A DNA stretch of 64,000 nucleotides from Pseudogymnoascus verrucosus (Eukaryota). Position 1 is the first letter of the stretch, and every line of letters begins with the position of its first letter. The position numbers were made by a program, and so were the translations under genes. The DNA lies in the NCBI GenBank assembly GCA_001662655.1, contig KV460211.1, one strand, 5' to 3'. Below, one piece after another: positions 24,101 through 35,672 of this stretch. The notes beneath the pieces are model-generated. The model ran no database searches. It saw only the letters and a program-made list of their open reading frames with translations, and had not been told where the DNA came from.

Positions 24101-25518
24101 GGTGTTCCTGCAGTAGTGGCGTTACTGTGTGGGTTGGGTTGGGTTGGCGGCAAGTAACGATTGTGCGGTAGGATGATGTACCTGGTGTTGAAAGGGAGCA
24201 AAGTCGGGCCTTCCGCGCTGCGCTGGTGTTTGTTGTTCGCTGGCTGTTTATCTTTTCCCCGTTGCTAGGAGCTAAACAAGCCTAAGAAACCACCAGAAGC
24301 TGCCCGTTTCCCTCACATCAGCAATCCCCGTCAACAGCAAGGCCGGCCCACACCGAACACGCCCGCTACTCCGTACCAAATCTCCCATCTATCTTTACAC
24401 GAGAAAAAACAGGGGACCACTTTACTTTTCCTTTTCTTGTTCACACCTAAAATAGAAATCTAAATCTTAAAAAAATCTTGCTTTAACACACGGAGATCAA
24501 CAGTGGCAACAACGCAACGGGGAGGGGAGGGGGGCGAAAAATAACGGAAAATACCCTTTCCCCTTACTACTACGAATCTACTACCCAATTGGGGAGGTTA
24601 CTGCCGCACGGGGAACGGCCCACAGCGCGCATCTTAATCTCCCGCTGCCAGGGGTGGGAGGGGAGAGAGGGACGGCATGTACCGGTACGAACTAGAGGTA
24701 CTGGACGGACCGGCGCAGGTACGGATTTTAGTGGGCGAATAGCGGACGAGAAGAGCCACCACCACCGGACCACACGCACGCACAGCGCTGAGACCGACAA
24801 CTGGCTGAGACTTTTAGCTGCTGTGGACGCGCTGAGGTTTTTGTGATGATGGGGAGTGGCGGTGGGTGCAGGATGGTGGGTACAGGATGGTGGGTGGTAC
24901 GATGATGCTTTCGCTGTTGTTGTACGCGTACAGTAGTAGGTAGGTTTGTGTCGTGTGCACCATGAGATGCATATTTGTGAAATGCATGTATACAAATACT
25001 CACCAGCGAGGACTTTGTAGGGGAGGGAGGAGGGAGCTACGTAGTGTACGGAGGGAGCACAGAGAACCTGTTTCCTGGTCGGCTTTCGCCTCACTCTACG
25101 TAAGTATACGTCTATCTGTCTACTCCACGCGGGTGCCTCTCTCTCTGTCCGTCTCTCTCTCTCTCCATCCGTCCCTCCCTCGCCGTCGGCCCGTATCGAG
25201 CCCAGCCAGCATCGCAATATCAACACACTATGCGCTCCCCTTCTAGGCCTTCTCGATTCAGCAACAGCATGGGGGAAAAGAGATTAACGTTTAATGACAG
25301 GAAGAAGCAGGTTCCCCTGCCAGCATGAAGTCCCTACAATGGTACGCTGGGGAGATGAGATCTAGGCTATTTTGTGCCGTGATGAGCTTTTAATGAGAGG
25401 AGGCGCAAATTGAGTGGTTATGCCTCAGTGCTCAGTGGCACGCACGGCCAGGATGGGATCTAGGAACAAGCAACGGGCGGGATTATACTTAACGTGTACC
25501 TTTGGGGATGAACACATC

Positions 25519-25656
25519 AGGGGAAACAACATGAACAACATGTACTGTACATCACAAGCACGCCCATAACAAGCTATCAGTCTTCATACTGTCGGGGGAA
25601 AACAAGTACTGTACATACCAAGCACACCCATATCAAGCTATCCCCTTCGTACTGTC
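25519..25656 (+). repeat. Two imperfect tandem copies (~62-75 bp) upstream of the GPI gene
   Basis: gtactgtacatcacaagcacgcccataacaagctatc...cttcatactgtc vs gtactgtacataccaagcacacccatatcaagctatc...cttcgtactgtc. Confidence 0.8.
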
Positions 25657-26174
25657 AGGTACCATCCCAGCCACCCTCGCGGGACAATTTCATCCTGTCA
25701 AGTTTCGAGTTTCCCTTCTGTGCCCATCTCATCCCATGCCCATGCCCATCCCATCAATTCTCCACCCAACCACCGTTCTCCTCTCTCCCCTCTACCTACT
25801 CTACCTACCCTCCTACCGCCAATCCACACCATCCACCCTCCACCCACCACCCCCCTGTCATCCCCTACCCCTGTCAACAAACTCCCCCCCCATTCATTCC
25901 CAACTTCCCAACTCCACAACCACAATCTCCACACCACCCTAATCTCCCGGTAGCCGAATTCCTTTGCTTATATCCCCCCCCATCCTGCTCTCCATCTTCT
26001 TCTTTCTTTCCTCTCTTCTTCACCCACCACGCACTTACTTCCCAGTATCCAAACAGGCTTCTTTGACTTCGGTCGTCCATTCTTTACAGAACTCTATCAG
26101 CTTTCGTCTTTTCGAACCAACACTCGCTTTTTAACCCACCTCACCGTTTTTTAATAAACAACTCTACCGTCAAG

Positions 26175-26960
26175 ATGCAATTCACTTTCGCTACCCTTGC
26201 CGTCATGGCCACCGCCGTCCTGGCCACTGCCCCAGACTCCACCGTCTACCAGACTGAGGAGGTCACCATCACCAGCTGTGCCCCTACCGTCACCGTAAGT
26301 AGATTCTCTCTGATCTGAACGACGCGTTTATCGCACAATAAACCACAAGATCGATCCTAACAGCCTCTCCAGGACTGCCCGGCCCGCTCCACCGTCGTCT
26401 CCCTGACCTCCTACCCGGTCGTCCCAACCACCACCGCCGCTGAGGAGCCCCTCACCACCGAGGCCCCAGTCGTCCCAAGCTCCACCGAGGAGGCCGAGGA
26501 GACCCTCACCAGCTACACCACCATCGTCAACACCATCACCAGCTGCCACCCCACCGTGACCAACTGCCCGATCGGCCAGAAGACCACCCTCACCGTCCCC
26601 TGCTCCACCACCGAGGCCCCCGCCCCAACTGAGACCCCAGTTGTCCCAGAGGTCCCAGTCTCCTCCGAGGAGCCCACCACCCCTGAGGCCACCGTCCCAG
26701 CTCCCCCCGCCACCGTCACCGTCACCATCAACTCCTGCCCAGCTGAGGTCCCAACCTGGACTTCCGTCCCAGTTGGCCCAACTGCCCCAGCTGTCAACAC
26801 CCCCGTCCCAACCATCTCTGGCTTCCCTACCCCAAGCAACGGCACCACCGTCACCCCCCCAGTCGTCACCTCGCCTCCTATCGCTGGTGCCGCCTCGGCC
26901 GTGTCCGGCTCCATCTTCGCCGTTGGCTTCGCCGCCATGGCCGCTGTCTTCTTCGCTTAA
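26175..26960 (+). CDS. GPI-anchored Ser/Thr/Pro-rich cell-wall protein (~235 aa), exons 26175-26294 and 26373-26960
   Basis: Signal peptide MQFTFATLAVMATAVLA; two ITSC.PTVT.CP motifs; Thr/Pro/Glu-rich stalk; hydrophobic C-terminal GPI signal (AGAASAVSGSIFAVGFAAMAAVFFA); strong C-ending codon bias; gtaagt...ctaac...cag intron. Confidence 0.9.
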
Positions 26961-27647
26961 GCGGTTTCAATTCGACCAGAGGGATATATTTCTTCAGTCC
27001 GCCGCCTCGCTGAGCTGTCTTTTCGTTCTGATGAGGAGGGAGAAGATGGGCTGGAGAGGGCATCGGCTATGACTTTCTACGCATATTGGGATGGCTTTGG
27101 GAAAACGAGAGCGGGGCGTGTGTCCTTTGTTTATTAGGTCACGTCTTTTGCGATTGAGATCTTTTTATGTAATTCAGTAATTCTGGCGGGAGTGGTTCGC
27201 ACACATTTGTTTGTCTTGTCTATTATGGTTTTTTATTTCACGGAATAAAAATACAACCGGTTACTTCTATGTTGTTTTATTTCGTCGACCATCGTGTGCC
27301 AACATAAACTGTGTGTGCGGGCTGCTCCTAATTAGTTTTTACTTCCGTTTCGAATACTGGCGGGGTTGCGTGTGGACTGGAAATTTATATACCTTGTTTC
27401 CCCCATATATGATGGCTGTGTCTTTGTCTGTGTCTTAGTTCGCGTTATAAAGTGATCCATTGCCGTATGTATCTACGCGTATATATGTATGTGTATCCAT
27501 CTTTAAACGTCATACGTAAATCCCTCCTCTCATCCCTCTAGATGGCAGTTGTTCCAAGCATCCCCATCCATCTCCACATCTCTCCATATATCAATACCAT
27601 ACCATATCCATTACATACCCCGTCCAGCAGTCAATGAGAACAGCGCA

Positions 27648-27678
<31 letters not shown>
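27648..27678. repeat. Compound microsatellite (GC)7G-(AG)8
   Basis: gcgcgcgcgcgcgcg agagagagagagagag read directly. Confidence 0.9.
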
Positions 27679-28112
27679 CCCTCTAAACACGTGTAGTAGG
27701 AATGCGTTGGACCGGTTTTCGCGCAGAGGTGGGGGCGAGGCGAGTTTGCGCAAATCTAAAGTTTCACTCCCATGACGACTAAGCTGACGAACGACGTAAG
27801 CACACTATACAAGCCGACCAACTTATTGATATGCTTTAGTTCGCGAGCTGGGCGGTTGTGAGATGACGTCTAAACAGGGACAAACGGGGTCAATCTACGG
27901 TGGCTTGAGGGAATGGGAGACTGTAGCATGTCGAATGAAATACTTTTGTTCTTCAGTCTTTCTTCGTTCGGCCTCCTTTTCTACCTCTTTTCTGACCCCC
28001 TTTTTCCCCTAATCTTACCCCCTTCTTTCCTTCCCTCTTCCCCCCCTTATTTTCTTCCCTCTCCTCCCCTTTCCCCTCCATAAGCCGATAACTACTTCAT
28101 AAACAGCCCCTA
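27679..28112 (-). repeat. Inverted, diverged copy of the 18.9-19.26 kb repeat modules
   Basis: The reverse complement contains gtcggcttgtatagtgtgcttacgtcgt, ggagtgaa, a dyad pair (27747/27720), cattccta...gtttagagggc and a purine-rich block, all matching 18895-19260. Confidence 0.8.
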
Positions 28113-28508
28113 TACATTATCATCTATCTCTATATCCGTCTATATCTATCTCTCTCTCCTACGCATCCTCACAAATCGCAGGGAGGGAGGGAGGACAACA
28201 TACCCGTCCGCGTTAATTAATCTTCATACTTCCCCTCTTTAAAAGAAGAAGGGTAGATAGATATTCAAACGTACCTACTCATCACCGAAACCCAACAGGC
28301 CATCCGTCATCTTAAACCGTAATGTTCCCCATCAGCCAGCACCATCTCCCGAACCCCTACCCTCAGCATCCGCACATCATCGCGCCCCCTCCCCCTCTTC
28401 CTCGCCACTGTCGGCCGCCACACTCTCCTCTAACAATCCATTCTCTCTCCCAACATCTCCCTCCGCCTCACCACCACTACCCGCCACACCCTCCTCCTCC
28501 TCCTCCTC

Positions 28509-30261
28509 CTACTCCTCCTCCTCCTCCTCCTCCTCAACAATCTCCACAACCTCCACAACCTCCTCCCCATCCTCCGTATACTCCCGATACAAATTCCTCC
28601 CCCCATACTCCCCCCCCACAACCGCCTCATTCCCAACCACCAAACTCCCCGCCCTATACCCCAGCACCCCACCTTCCTCCTTCACCCTCCCCAGCGCCTC
28701 CGCCACCTCCCCTCCCGTCCTAAGCGGGAACCCCACCTCCCCCCCCGCCCCCCGCCCAGCAAAGATATACCGCCTCAGCACCTCGCTCATGCAGCTTGCG
28801 CCGCACACGTCCTGCGCCCACTTCGCGAACGGGGCGTTGAGATCGACCTGCCCGACGAGTGCCTCGGGGAAAGACCAATCCACGTCCACGCCCTCGAGGT
28901 AGCTGTGGATATCGAAGCAGGGCTGGGCTGCGACTTCTGCTGCGAGGGCGGAGGTCCAGGCGTTGGCGCCCCAGCTGCCGGTGAAGGTGAGGGAGTGGAG
29001 TTGGCGGAGGTGGGTGCGGAGGGAGGGGAGCTGGAGGAGCGTGGCCCAGTCGAAGTCGTAAGCAAAGGCGTTGTCGAGGGTGAAGTGGGCGAGGGAGGGG
29101 TGGTGGGCGAAGAAGGGGGGGAGGTCGTGTTCGTGGATAGTGAAAGAGGATAAAGAGATGTGTTTGAGGTGGGGCCAGGTCGAGGAGCCGAGGAGGGGGG
29201 TGAAGGATAAATTGTGTTCGCTGTTGGCGCCTCTGTGATTGATGCAGAGCGTCTGTAGGTTTTTGGCACCGCTGAGTGCAGTTCCGAGTCTTTGCTGGTA
29301 GAGTCCGTAGTTTGGGTTATACGTGAAACTGGTTTCCAATTTGACGGTTGTCAAGCTTTGAAATGTAGCACACAGGAGCGGGGGACCTAGATCCTTTGTA
29401 GGGTCTCTGACGAAGTTGTTGAACCTGGACAATCGGACAATGTGCCTCCTATAATCAGCCTCGGTCTCATCTTCGCCTCCATTTCCACCCCCACCGCCAC
29501 CCCCATCACCGTTATCATCCCCATCACAACTCAAGAGGCCCAGCTCGAAATTTTTAGAATCGAACCACGAAATGGCCTGCGGCGCCAATTTGCAAGCCGC
29601 AAGAACCGCCACGGTTTCACGGACGAAATAACTAGGCTCCCAGCACGACAAAAAACGAAACGGGCTACCCATGACCTTTGCCATGCTGCAAAACGCTTCC
29701 CCCCATGCTGGCGGAGGGTTCGCGAACCTTGCGCTATTCTCGGAGAATAATGACATGATGCGCACTCCTCTGAAGTTTGGAAGGCGGGATATGGCGGATT
29801 GGAGCATCTCGAAGTCGTATCCGGTGGCCTTCATGCGGTTCTGGTCATTGTAGTACCGGACGTGGCTTTGGTCTATGTCGTTCGTTAGCATAGGCGTCGA
29901 TAACGAACTGCTGGAACTTGGCACACGTACAGGCTTCCTCGACCTCGCTCTCGGAGAATGTCTTTTTCGGCGCCCCAGGTAACAAAAATTCGTTTTTGGT
30001 CCAGGCTATTCGGGTTTTAGGATTCGACACCAATTCGCCCCCATACTTGATGGTAAGGACGTAGTTCCTGTAGACGGGATGCTCTGATATACGCAGCAGG
30101 TTCTCGAGCGAGTTGCGGAATAACATTACGGGTATCACTTCGAACTGCCGTGGCAGACCCAGGGCTGCAAAGGAGCGGCATGTCAAGCGTAGAGATAGGA
30201 TGTCCTCGCGGTCAATGAGTTCAGCGATGACTCGCACGGTTTCTGTTGGAAGCTTGTCCAT
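28509..30261 (-). CDS. F-box domain protein with LRR-like C-terminal region, 2 exons
   Basis: N-terminal MDKLPTETVRVIAELIDREDILSLRLTCRSFAALG (F-box) and SLENLLRISEHP; continues in ORF 28509..29924 after an intron at ~29875-29930. Confidence 0.8.
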
Positions 30262-30581
30262 ATCGACGGTTCTGTGACCGCCTACGCAGAATGATATGAA
30301 CAACGGCAAGCGATGAAGAAACAATGTAGCAGAGATTCAATTAAAATATTGAAATATTTATAGAGAGGTGGTTTAGACATACTCGAGGAAACTATTCCTT
30401 TGTCTATGTGGAGAATATGCACCTTCGCGCCTGCCCTCTATGCACAATCTGTCAGCTGTGGAAAGTTAAATCGTACATAGGCAACAGTGAGTGAGTGAGG
30501 GTCGGGTGAAGTTATGCCTTGTGATTATGAAATTGCGCATCTGATAAGAAGCGCAATAGTAGGGATCCAGTTATCTACATT

Positions 30582-30684
30582 GCCGCCATGGCGCAGTGGT
30601 AACGCGTCGCACTTGTACCACTAAGACAGTAAACTGTCTAGCAATCTAATGCGAAGATCCCTAGTTCAATTCTGGGTGGCGGCA
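30582..30684 (+). tRNA. tRNA-Thr(TGT) with ~31 nt intron (30618-30648)
   Basis: Acceptor stem GCCGCCA/TGGCGGC; D-arm GCGC-AGTGGT; anticodon arm TCGCA-CT-TGT-A...A-TGCGA; T-arm CCTAG-TTCAATT-CTGGG; T-run terminator follows. Confidence 0.93.
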
Positions 30685-31538
30685 CATTTTTTGTGATTTT
30701 TTCTACGTTTTGTCGGTGCTTGTCTTCTATTTTGCTGTTTGTTATTTGCCTTTTGCTTTTTTATATATTTTTGCTTGCATTTTCCTTTCCTTTCGTTCCT
30801 TCCTTCCTTTCTGGTGTCGTTCGTTCCTTCCTCGTATGGCACAAAAGAAATCCACCACTTTGGGGCTGAGGTCAGCCGCTTACGTGGTTTGCGGAAGCGA
30901 GCCGCCACAGCCTCGGTGTACCTGCCAAGAAATCCCTGGTTTTGGTTGATAAGGGAGATCCGGAGATCTTTGTTTGGTTCGGATCCTTTTTTTAGACCTT
31001 GATAGCGTTCCGCGTATAGAAACTCGTTCCTGCAACGTATGAACTACCAACAACAGGTAAGACGGAAGGGGACCACTCCACCGAGGACCCTTATTTTGAT
31101 TCGTCTCAAAAAGCCAATCCATAATGAGGAAGCTTATTTTGCTTATTCCAGTAGTTTGCTCCTTCCTTCCATTGGAGTCTGTCATTGGAGTCGATCCATT
31201 TTTATAAGCTGACGTCAACGTCACTGCCCAACGGGGAAAGTACGCGCTTTCCTATTGTGTCCGCGCCCATCATGGCAAGTACTATGAGGCTGAAGCCGGA
31301 CTTTCTACTGTTTACCTTTCTGTCATCTACAATCTGCATCTTCAAACTTTCTTTCTCCTGTCTTCCAGAAGCAATTGACTACACAATTGCAGCTGACTGA
31401 TGTTGGAATAATACTCGGTGCCGCTAGTCCCGAGACCAACCTCCGCGCCTTCCGGGGACACTACCAACGGCTTTTCTGGGGCCGGGAATTTCTTACTGTT
31501 GCTTGCAATCTTTCTTCTTCCCAGTGGATGTCGTGGCT

Positions 31539-34010
31539 ATGGAAGAATCAAGTGATAAACCATTGGTCGAGACGGGAGTGCCGCTGCTAGAGGAGGAAGT
31601 GCAAGCCAATGCCCAAACCCAATCACTGAAGCCGCCGCAACAGGCGGCAGCGGAAGACAATGCTCAAACCCAAGCACCGGAGCCACAGCAGCAGCCGGCG
31701 CCGGAAAACGAGGGGAGTGATGAAGAGCGTGCTGATTTGCGGAACTTGACGGAGGAAGATGCAGAGTCTCTGGTGGGAGTGTCGATGAACTGGGCGCTCA
31801 CGCGCCGTAGCTCGCTGCAGTCAACTATCCCAGGATCCATCGCCGAGGTGGAATTGGAGGGAGGGGAGTTCCTTGAGAGTGATGAGGAGAGGCCGGTGCC
31901 GCAAACTACAACGTCGGAGAAAACGGATCTCTCGGAATCGTCGCATGCTGGGACGGTGGTTGAAGGGAAAGAAGGGAAACGGTTATCTTTCAGAGCAAAG
32001 ATATCTACGAAGCGAAGGTCAATGTCGATATCAGGGAGCGGAGAGTCCCTGAAGAAACTTTTACCTTCTTTATCTGGAAGTATCAAACTTGGCCTGCGGA
32101 AGGCACGGAATAAGGCAACAGGAGGGAGTAGTTACTCGTCAAGTCGTCAAGTGAGTGGCCAGGCGACGCCAGCTCCTGGTAGTGCCACCCCTAGCGACGT
32201 TGTCCGAACGGGCAGCCCTCATAAGATGGGGTCTAAAAGCACACTTGAGGGAGATAGAACCCCGGACCATGAAACGGCTGAACCGCCCTTGCTGCGGGTA
32301 ATCTCCGATTCAAAGCTTTATTCCTCCCTCTCACGCATCTCCTCCCTCGGCGATGACTCCCGCTTTGAAAACACTCAGCAGATGATCAATTCCCGCCGCA
32401 AGGCAATAAGTGATTCGTTACAAGACAAGAGTTTCAAAATGCCCAGTTTACCCAACTTGAGGGAGAAATTCAATGCTATCAGTGGCTACACGACACGCCC
32501 TCCGGATGATGTTCTCGGCGATGAGACGAAAGGGCAAAGCTTAGATGCTAAGCCAACTCTGTCGTCCGATAAAATTAATCCAACGGTCTTCGATAATGTC
32601 ATAGAGCAGCTGACTGGTGACGTTGTGATCTTGGGGGGTTACCGAGGATCAATTCTCAAATCAACGAAAGCGTCAGATCGCCCGCTTTGGATACCCCCTG
32701 TGGGAGTCGGGTTCAATCTTGGAACAGTAGACTTGGAGGTTGGCCTGGAAGATGAAGACGATGAGCGAATGGAAGATAGCGTCTATGCGTCTGGGATGCT
32801 GAAGAACATTGGAGTGGTGGATATCTCGCGCCGCCTAATAAAACGGTTACGGGCGACAAAGAACGCGAAGAATGGGAAGCTACGTGTCTGGGATTACGGA
32901 TATGACTGGCGGCTTAATCCTCACCTCCTCAGCCGCAAGCTGAAAGAGTTCCTTGAAGGGTTGCCATGCAATGTGCCTGGCAAAGAGAAGGGTGCCCTTG
33001 TTATCGCCCACAGCCTTGGCGGCCTCATCACCCGCCATGTCGTCAACCAGCGCCCAGAACTATTTTCAGGCGTCATATACGCTGGTGTCCCGCAGTCTTG
33101 CATTAACATCATCGGGCCCCTCCGAAATGGTGACTCCGTGGGCTTTAACCAGCGTATATTTACTGCACAAGTCAACTTCACGCTGAGGACAAGTTTGGTT
33201 CTCCTCCCACTTGACGGGTATGGTTACATCGATAAGAAGACTAAGGAGCCCTATCACATTGACTTTTTTGACGTGAACGACTGGATCAAATACCGCATCT
33301 CACCCTGCACGGATCAACCGATGCCGGCTAGGAATCCGCCAAATCCTTCTATCGCCAGTGCCATCACCAGCAGTCTCACTAGTCTGACAATACCACGCAA
33401 GAACCCCTCGCCGCCACCACCAGCGCTAGGCGTGGCCCCAAAAACTAGCCAGAGCACCGCCTCCAAAGCCATAGAAAAGGTCACATCCCCACTGCGAAAG
33501 CGAAAGAAGGGAAAGAAACAGCCTGATGCGACTCCCCCATCCTCAGACTCGCCCAAAACGCCCCCATCCGTCTCCATGACCGTGACTATCCCCCGCCCCG
33601 CCGCCGTCGCCTACCTCACACGCATCCTCCCCGCTATCAAGCAATTCAAGCTGGAGCTCGCGCATCGCCCTGACACCGAGGTCGCGAACAAGTACCCGCC
33701 GCTCGCCATCATCTACGCCAAGAACACCCCCACGGTGTGTGCGGCGAAGGTGGATGATCGCGAGGCCATACCGTGTGCGGATGTGTATGAAAACCTTGCG
33801 TTTGCGAGCGGGGACGGGGTATGTCTGGCCAAGGATGCGCAGCTGCCGTACGGGTATCGGTATGTGCTTAATGGGCGGATTAGGACTGAGAGGGGGCATG
33901 TTACGATGTTGGGGGATCTGGAGGCGGTGGGGAAGGCGTTAGAGGCTGTGTATAAGGGGAGGGAATTGGGAATTGGGTTGGGAGTTGGGAATAATGAGAT
34001 ATGGGATTAG
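31539..34010 (+). CDS. Alpha/beta-hydrolase / LCAT-like protein (probably YJR098C family) with long disordered N-terminus
   Basis: VILGGYRGSIL, YGYDWRL, IAHSLGG nucleophile elbow, SGDGV, GHVTMLGDL; first ATG in the ORF is at 31539. Confidence 0.8.
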   Translation: MEESSDKPLVETGVPLLEEEVQANAQTQSLKPPQQAAAEDNAQTQAPEPQQQPAPENEGSDEERADLRNLTEEDAESLVGVSMNWALTRRSSLQSTIPGSIAEVELEGGEFLESDEERPVPQTTTSEKTDLSESSHAGTVVEGKEGKRLSFRAKISTKRRSMSISGSGESLKKLLPSLSGSIKLGLRKARNKATGGSSYSSSRQVSGQATPAPGSATPSDVVRTGSPHKMGSKSTLEGDRTPDHETAEPPLLRVISDSKLYSSLSRISSLGDDSRFENTQQMINSRRKAISDSLQDKSFKMPSLPNLREKFNAISGYTTRPPDDVLGDETKGQSLDAKPTLSSDKINPTVFDNVIEQLTGDVVILGGYRGSILKSTKASDRPLWIPPVGVGFNLGTVDLEVGLEDEDDERMEDSVYASGMLKNIGVVDISRRLIKRLRATKNAKNGKLRVWDYGYDWRLNPHLLSRKLKEFLEGLPCNVPGKEKGALVIAHSLGGLITRHVVNQRPELFSGVIYAGVPQSCINIIGPLRNGDSVGFNQRIFTAQVNFTLRTSLVLLPLDGYGYIDKKTKEPYHIDFFDVNDWIKYRISPCTDQPMPARNPPNPSIASAITSSLTSLTIPRKNPSPPPPALGVAPKTSQSTASKAIEKVTSPLRKRKKGKKQPDATPPSSDSPKTPPSVSMTVTIPRPAAVAYLTRILPAIKQFKLELAHRPDTEVANKYPPLAIIYAKNTPTVCAAKVDDREAIPCADVYENLAFASGDGVCLAKDAQLPYGYRYVLNGRIRTERGHVTMLGDLEAVGKALEAVYKGRELGIGLGVGNNEIWD

Positions 34011-34558
34011 GCGTTTGTGCTGAGCGGCATTGCGTTGTATGCATTTTTATGGTGTTTTAAGACAGATGGGTAAAGCGCAAGCTATGGCAAGGGCTGGAGT
34101 TCAGGGATAGATATCAGGATGCTGGGCATCCATTCACTATTAGGTGATGTTTGAGTAACAATTGCACATATTATTATAAGTGGCATGATATATGCATGAA
34201 GTATCTTCGTCTATGTGCAAATACCCTATATACAACGATTTAACTCCAAAGTATTGCAGCTTCGGAACCGTGCAGTCATCGCATATAGCTAGACTGCTAT
34301 TCTGTGCTCAGTGCAAGGTGCCGCCGTCGTCGTCGTCGGTACGAACGCCACGTACCAACTCACTGTCTGTGTAGCAGTCCCACGCCCTCCCTTCGTGCCT
34401 CCGGGCTCATGCATACTGCGACTGCCGTGCAACGAGCGGGCGGTTAGGCGCCTTGATATCCAAGGACCTCAGCTCCAACATCTCCGACATCTCCAACCCC
34501 CCTTCCCCGCACACCCCTCCCTCGCTCAAAAAAAAATGCCATCTCCCCCCCCACCCTC

Positions 34559-35202
34559 TCACCACACATCCTCCGGATGGACCTCGAAATTCTCCCCATT
34601 CTCCCTAACATGCTTCCTATCCTTATCCCTCCTCAACGGCTTCCTCATATCATACGCGTCCTCGCCCTTCCCCTCCTCCGCCCCGGGTGACGGATCATCA
34701 CTGTAATAATCCAGCACCCGCCGGAACACGGAGTATCCCAGCCCCTTGTACAGGCCTATCGCGATCTCGTTGCTCTTGCGCACGTATAGGTCCACGAAGT
34801 AAGCGTCGGACTCGTCGCCGGCGTGCTCGAGGGATTGGGAGAGGATGCGGGCGAGGCCGAGGCGGCGGGCCGGGGGGGCGATGGTGAGGGCGGTTATGTG
34901 CGCGTGCCAGGGGAGGGCGTGGGGGGAGTGGCGGAGGTAGGCGGGGGAGGATTCGAGTTTGCCCATTACTGGATGAGGGGTTAGCTGGGAATGGTGCCGT
35001 AGATTGGGGGGATGGGGGGATGGAGAAACGTACTGTAGCCGTCGATGGCGCCGGTGTGGCTTTCGGCGACGTTGAAGAGGTGGGGCCAGCGCGCGAGGTA
35101 GGTGAAGTAGAAGTCTAGGCCGTAGGTCTCGGTGAGGGGGTCGAGGTTGGTGGTGTTGAAGTTGAAGACGTCCATAGCGTGGAAGGGGCGGATGGAGGTC
35201 AT
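34559..35202 (-). CDS. NAT3: NatB N-terminal acetyltransferase catalytic subunit Nat3/Naa20, 2 exons
   Basis: MTSIRPF...TNLDPLTETY...YLARWP; IMGKLE...PWHAHITALTIAPPARRLGLA...FVDLYVRKSN...YSVFRRVLDYY...EDAYDMRKPL. Confidence 0.95.
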
Positions 35203-35672
35203 CTTTGCGGCGGTTGGATGTGGTTCTCTTTGCGCCGGAGAGGGTTGAGGGTGGTGGGCTGGATCAGAGACAGTGGGAGGATAAAGATAAAAGCCACAAG
35301 GCGAGGCTGAGATGAGCGGGATATATTTCACAAAATGTTCATAAAAAGTTAGGGTCGTGACGTGATAGTTAACATATCAGGCCCCTAAGCCCAGCCTTGC
35401 CAATGTCTCGCTTCCCCGAATTTTAACCTTGGCGCATCCCTGTATTTGACGACGCCCGCCAGGTGTCTCGCAGGAAATATTTCCAGTCATGTACTCAACT
35501 AAGTATCGCGGCAGCCAACAGTCACCCCACCCCCCACTATAGCACATCCCGCTTGTCGAACCTCCTCCTCTCACGACCCCTCGTCACCCCAAAAAGCGCT
35601 CACGCCCTCGCTGGCGTTGACCGCTTTCCTCCCCAAACCCCCCGCCGCGGGTCTCCATCTAACCAAGTCAAG

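Noticed and set aside
21576..26080. Numerous 60-218 aa ORFs, including 24570..25226
   Set aside because: Low-complexity translations with no domains, codon bias or convincing splice structure
18895..28112. Autonomous transposon or Starship-type element
   Set aside because: No transposase, tyrosine recombinase, Rep/helicase or RT ORF is recognisable, and I found no clean terminal repeats or target-site duplication
28322..28723. Proline-rich extensin-like ORF
   Set aside because: Antisense shadow of the G-rich, GAG-repeat 3' end of the F-box gene
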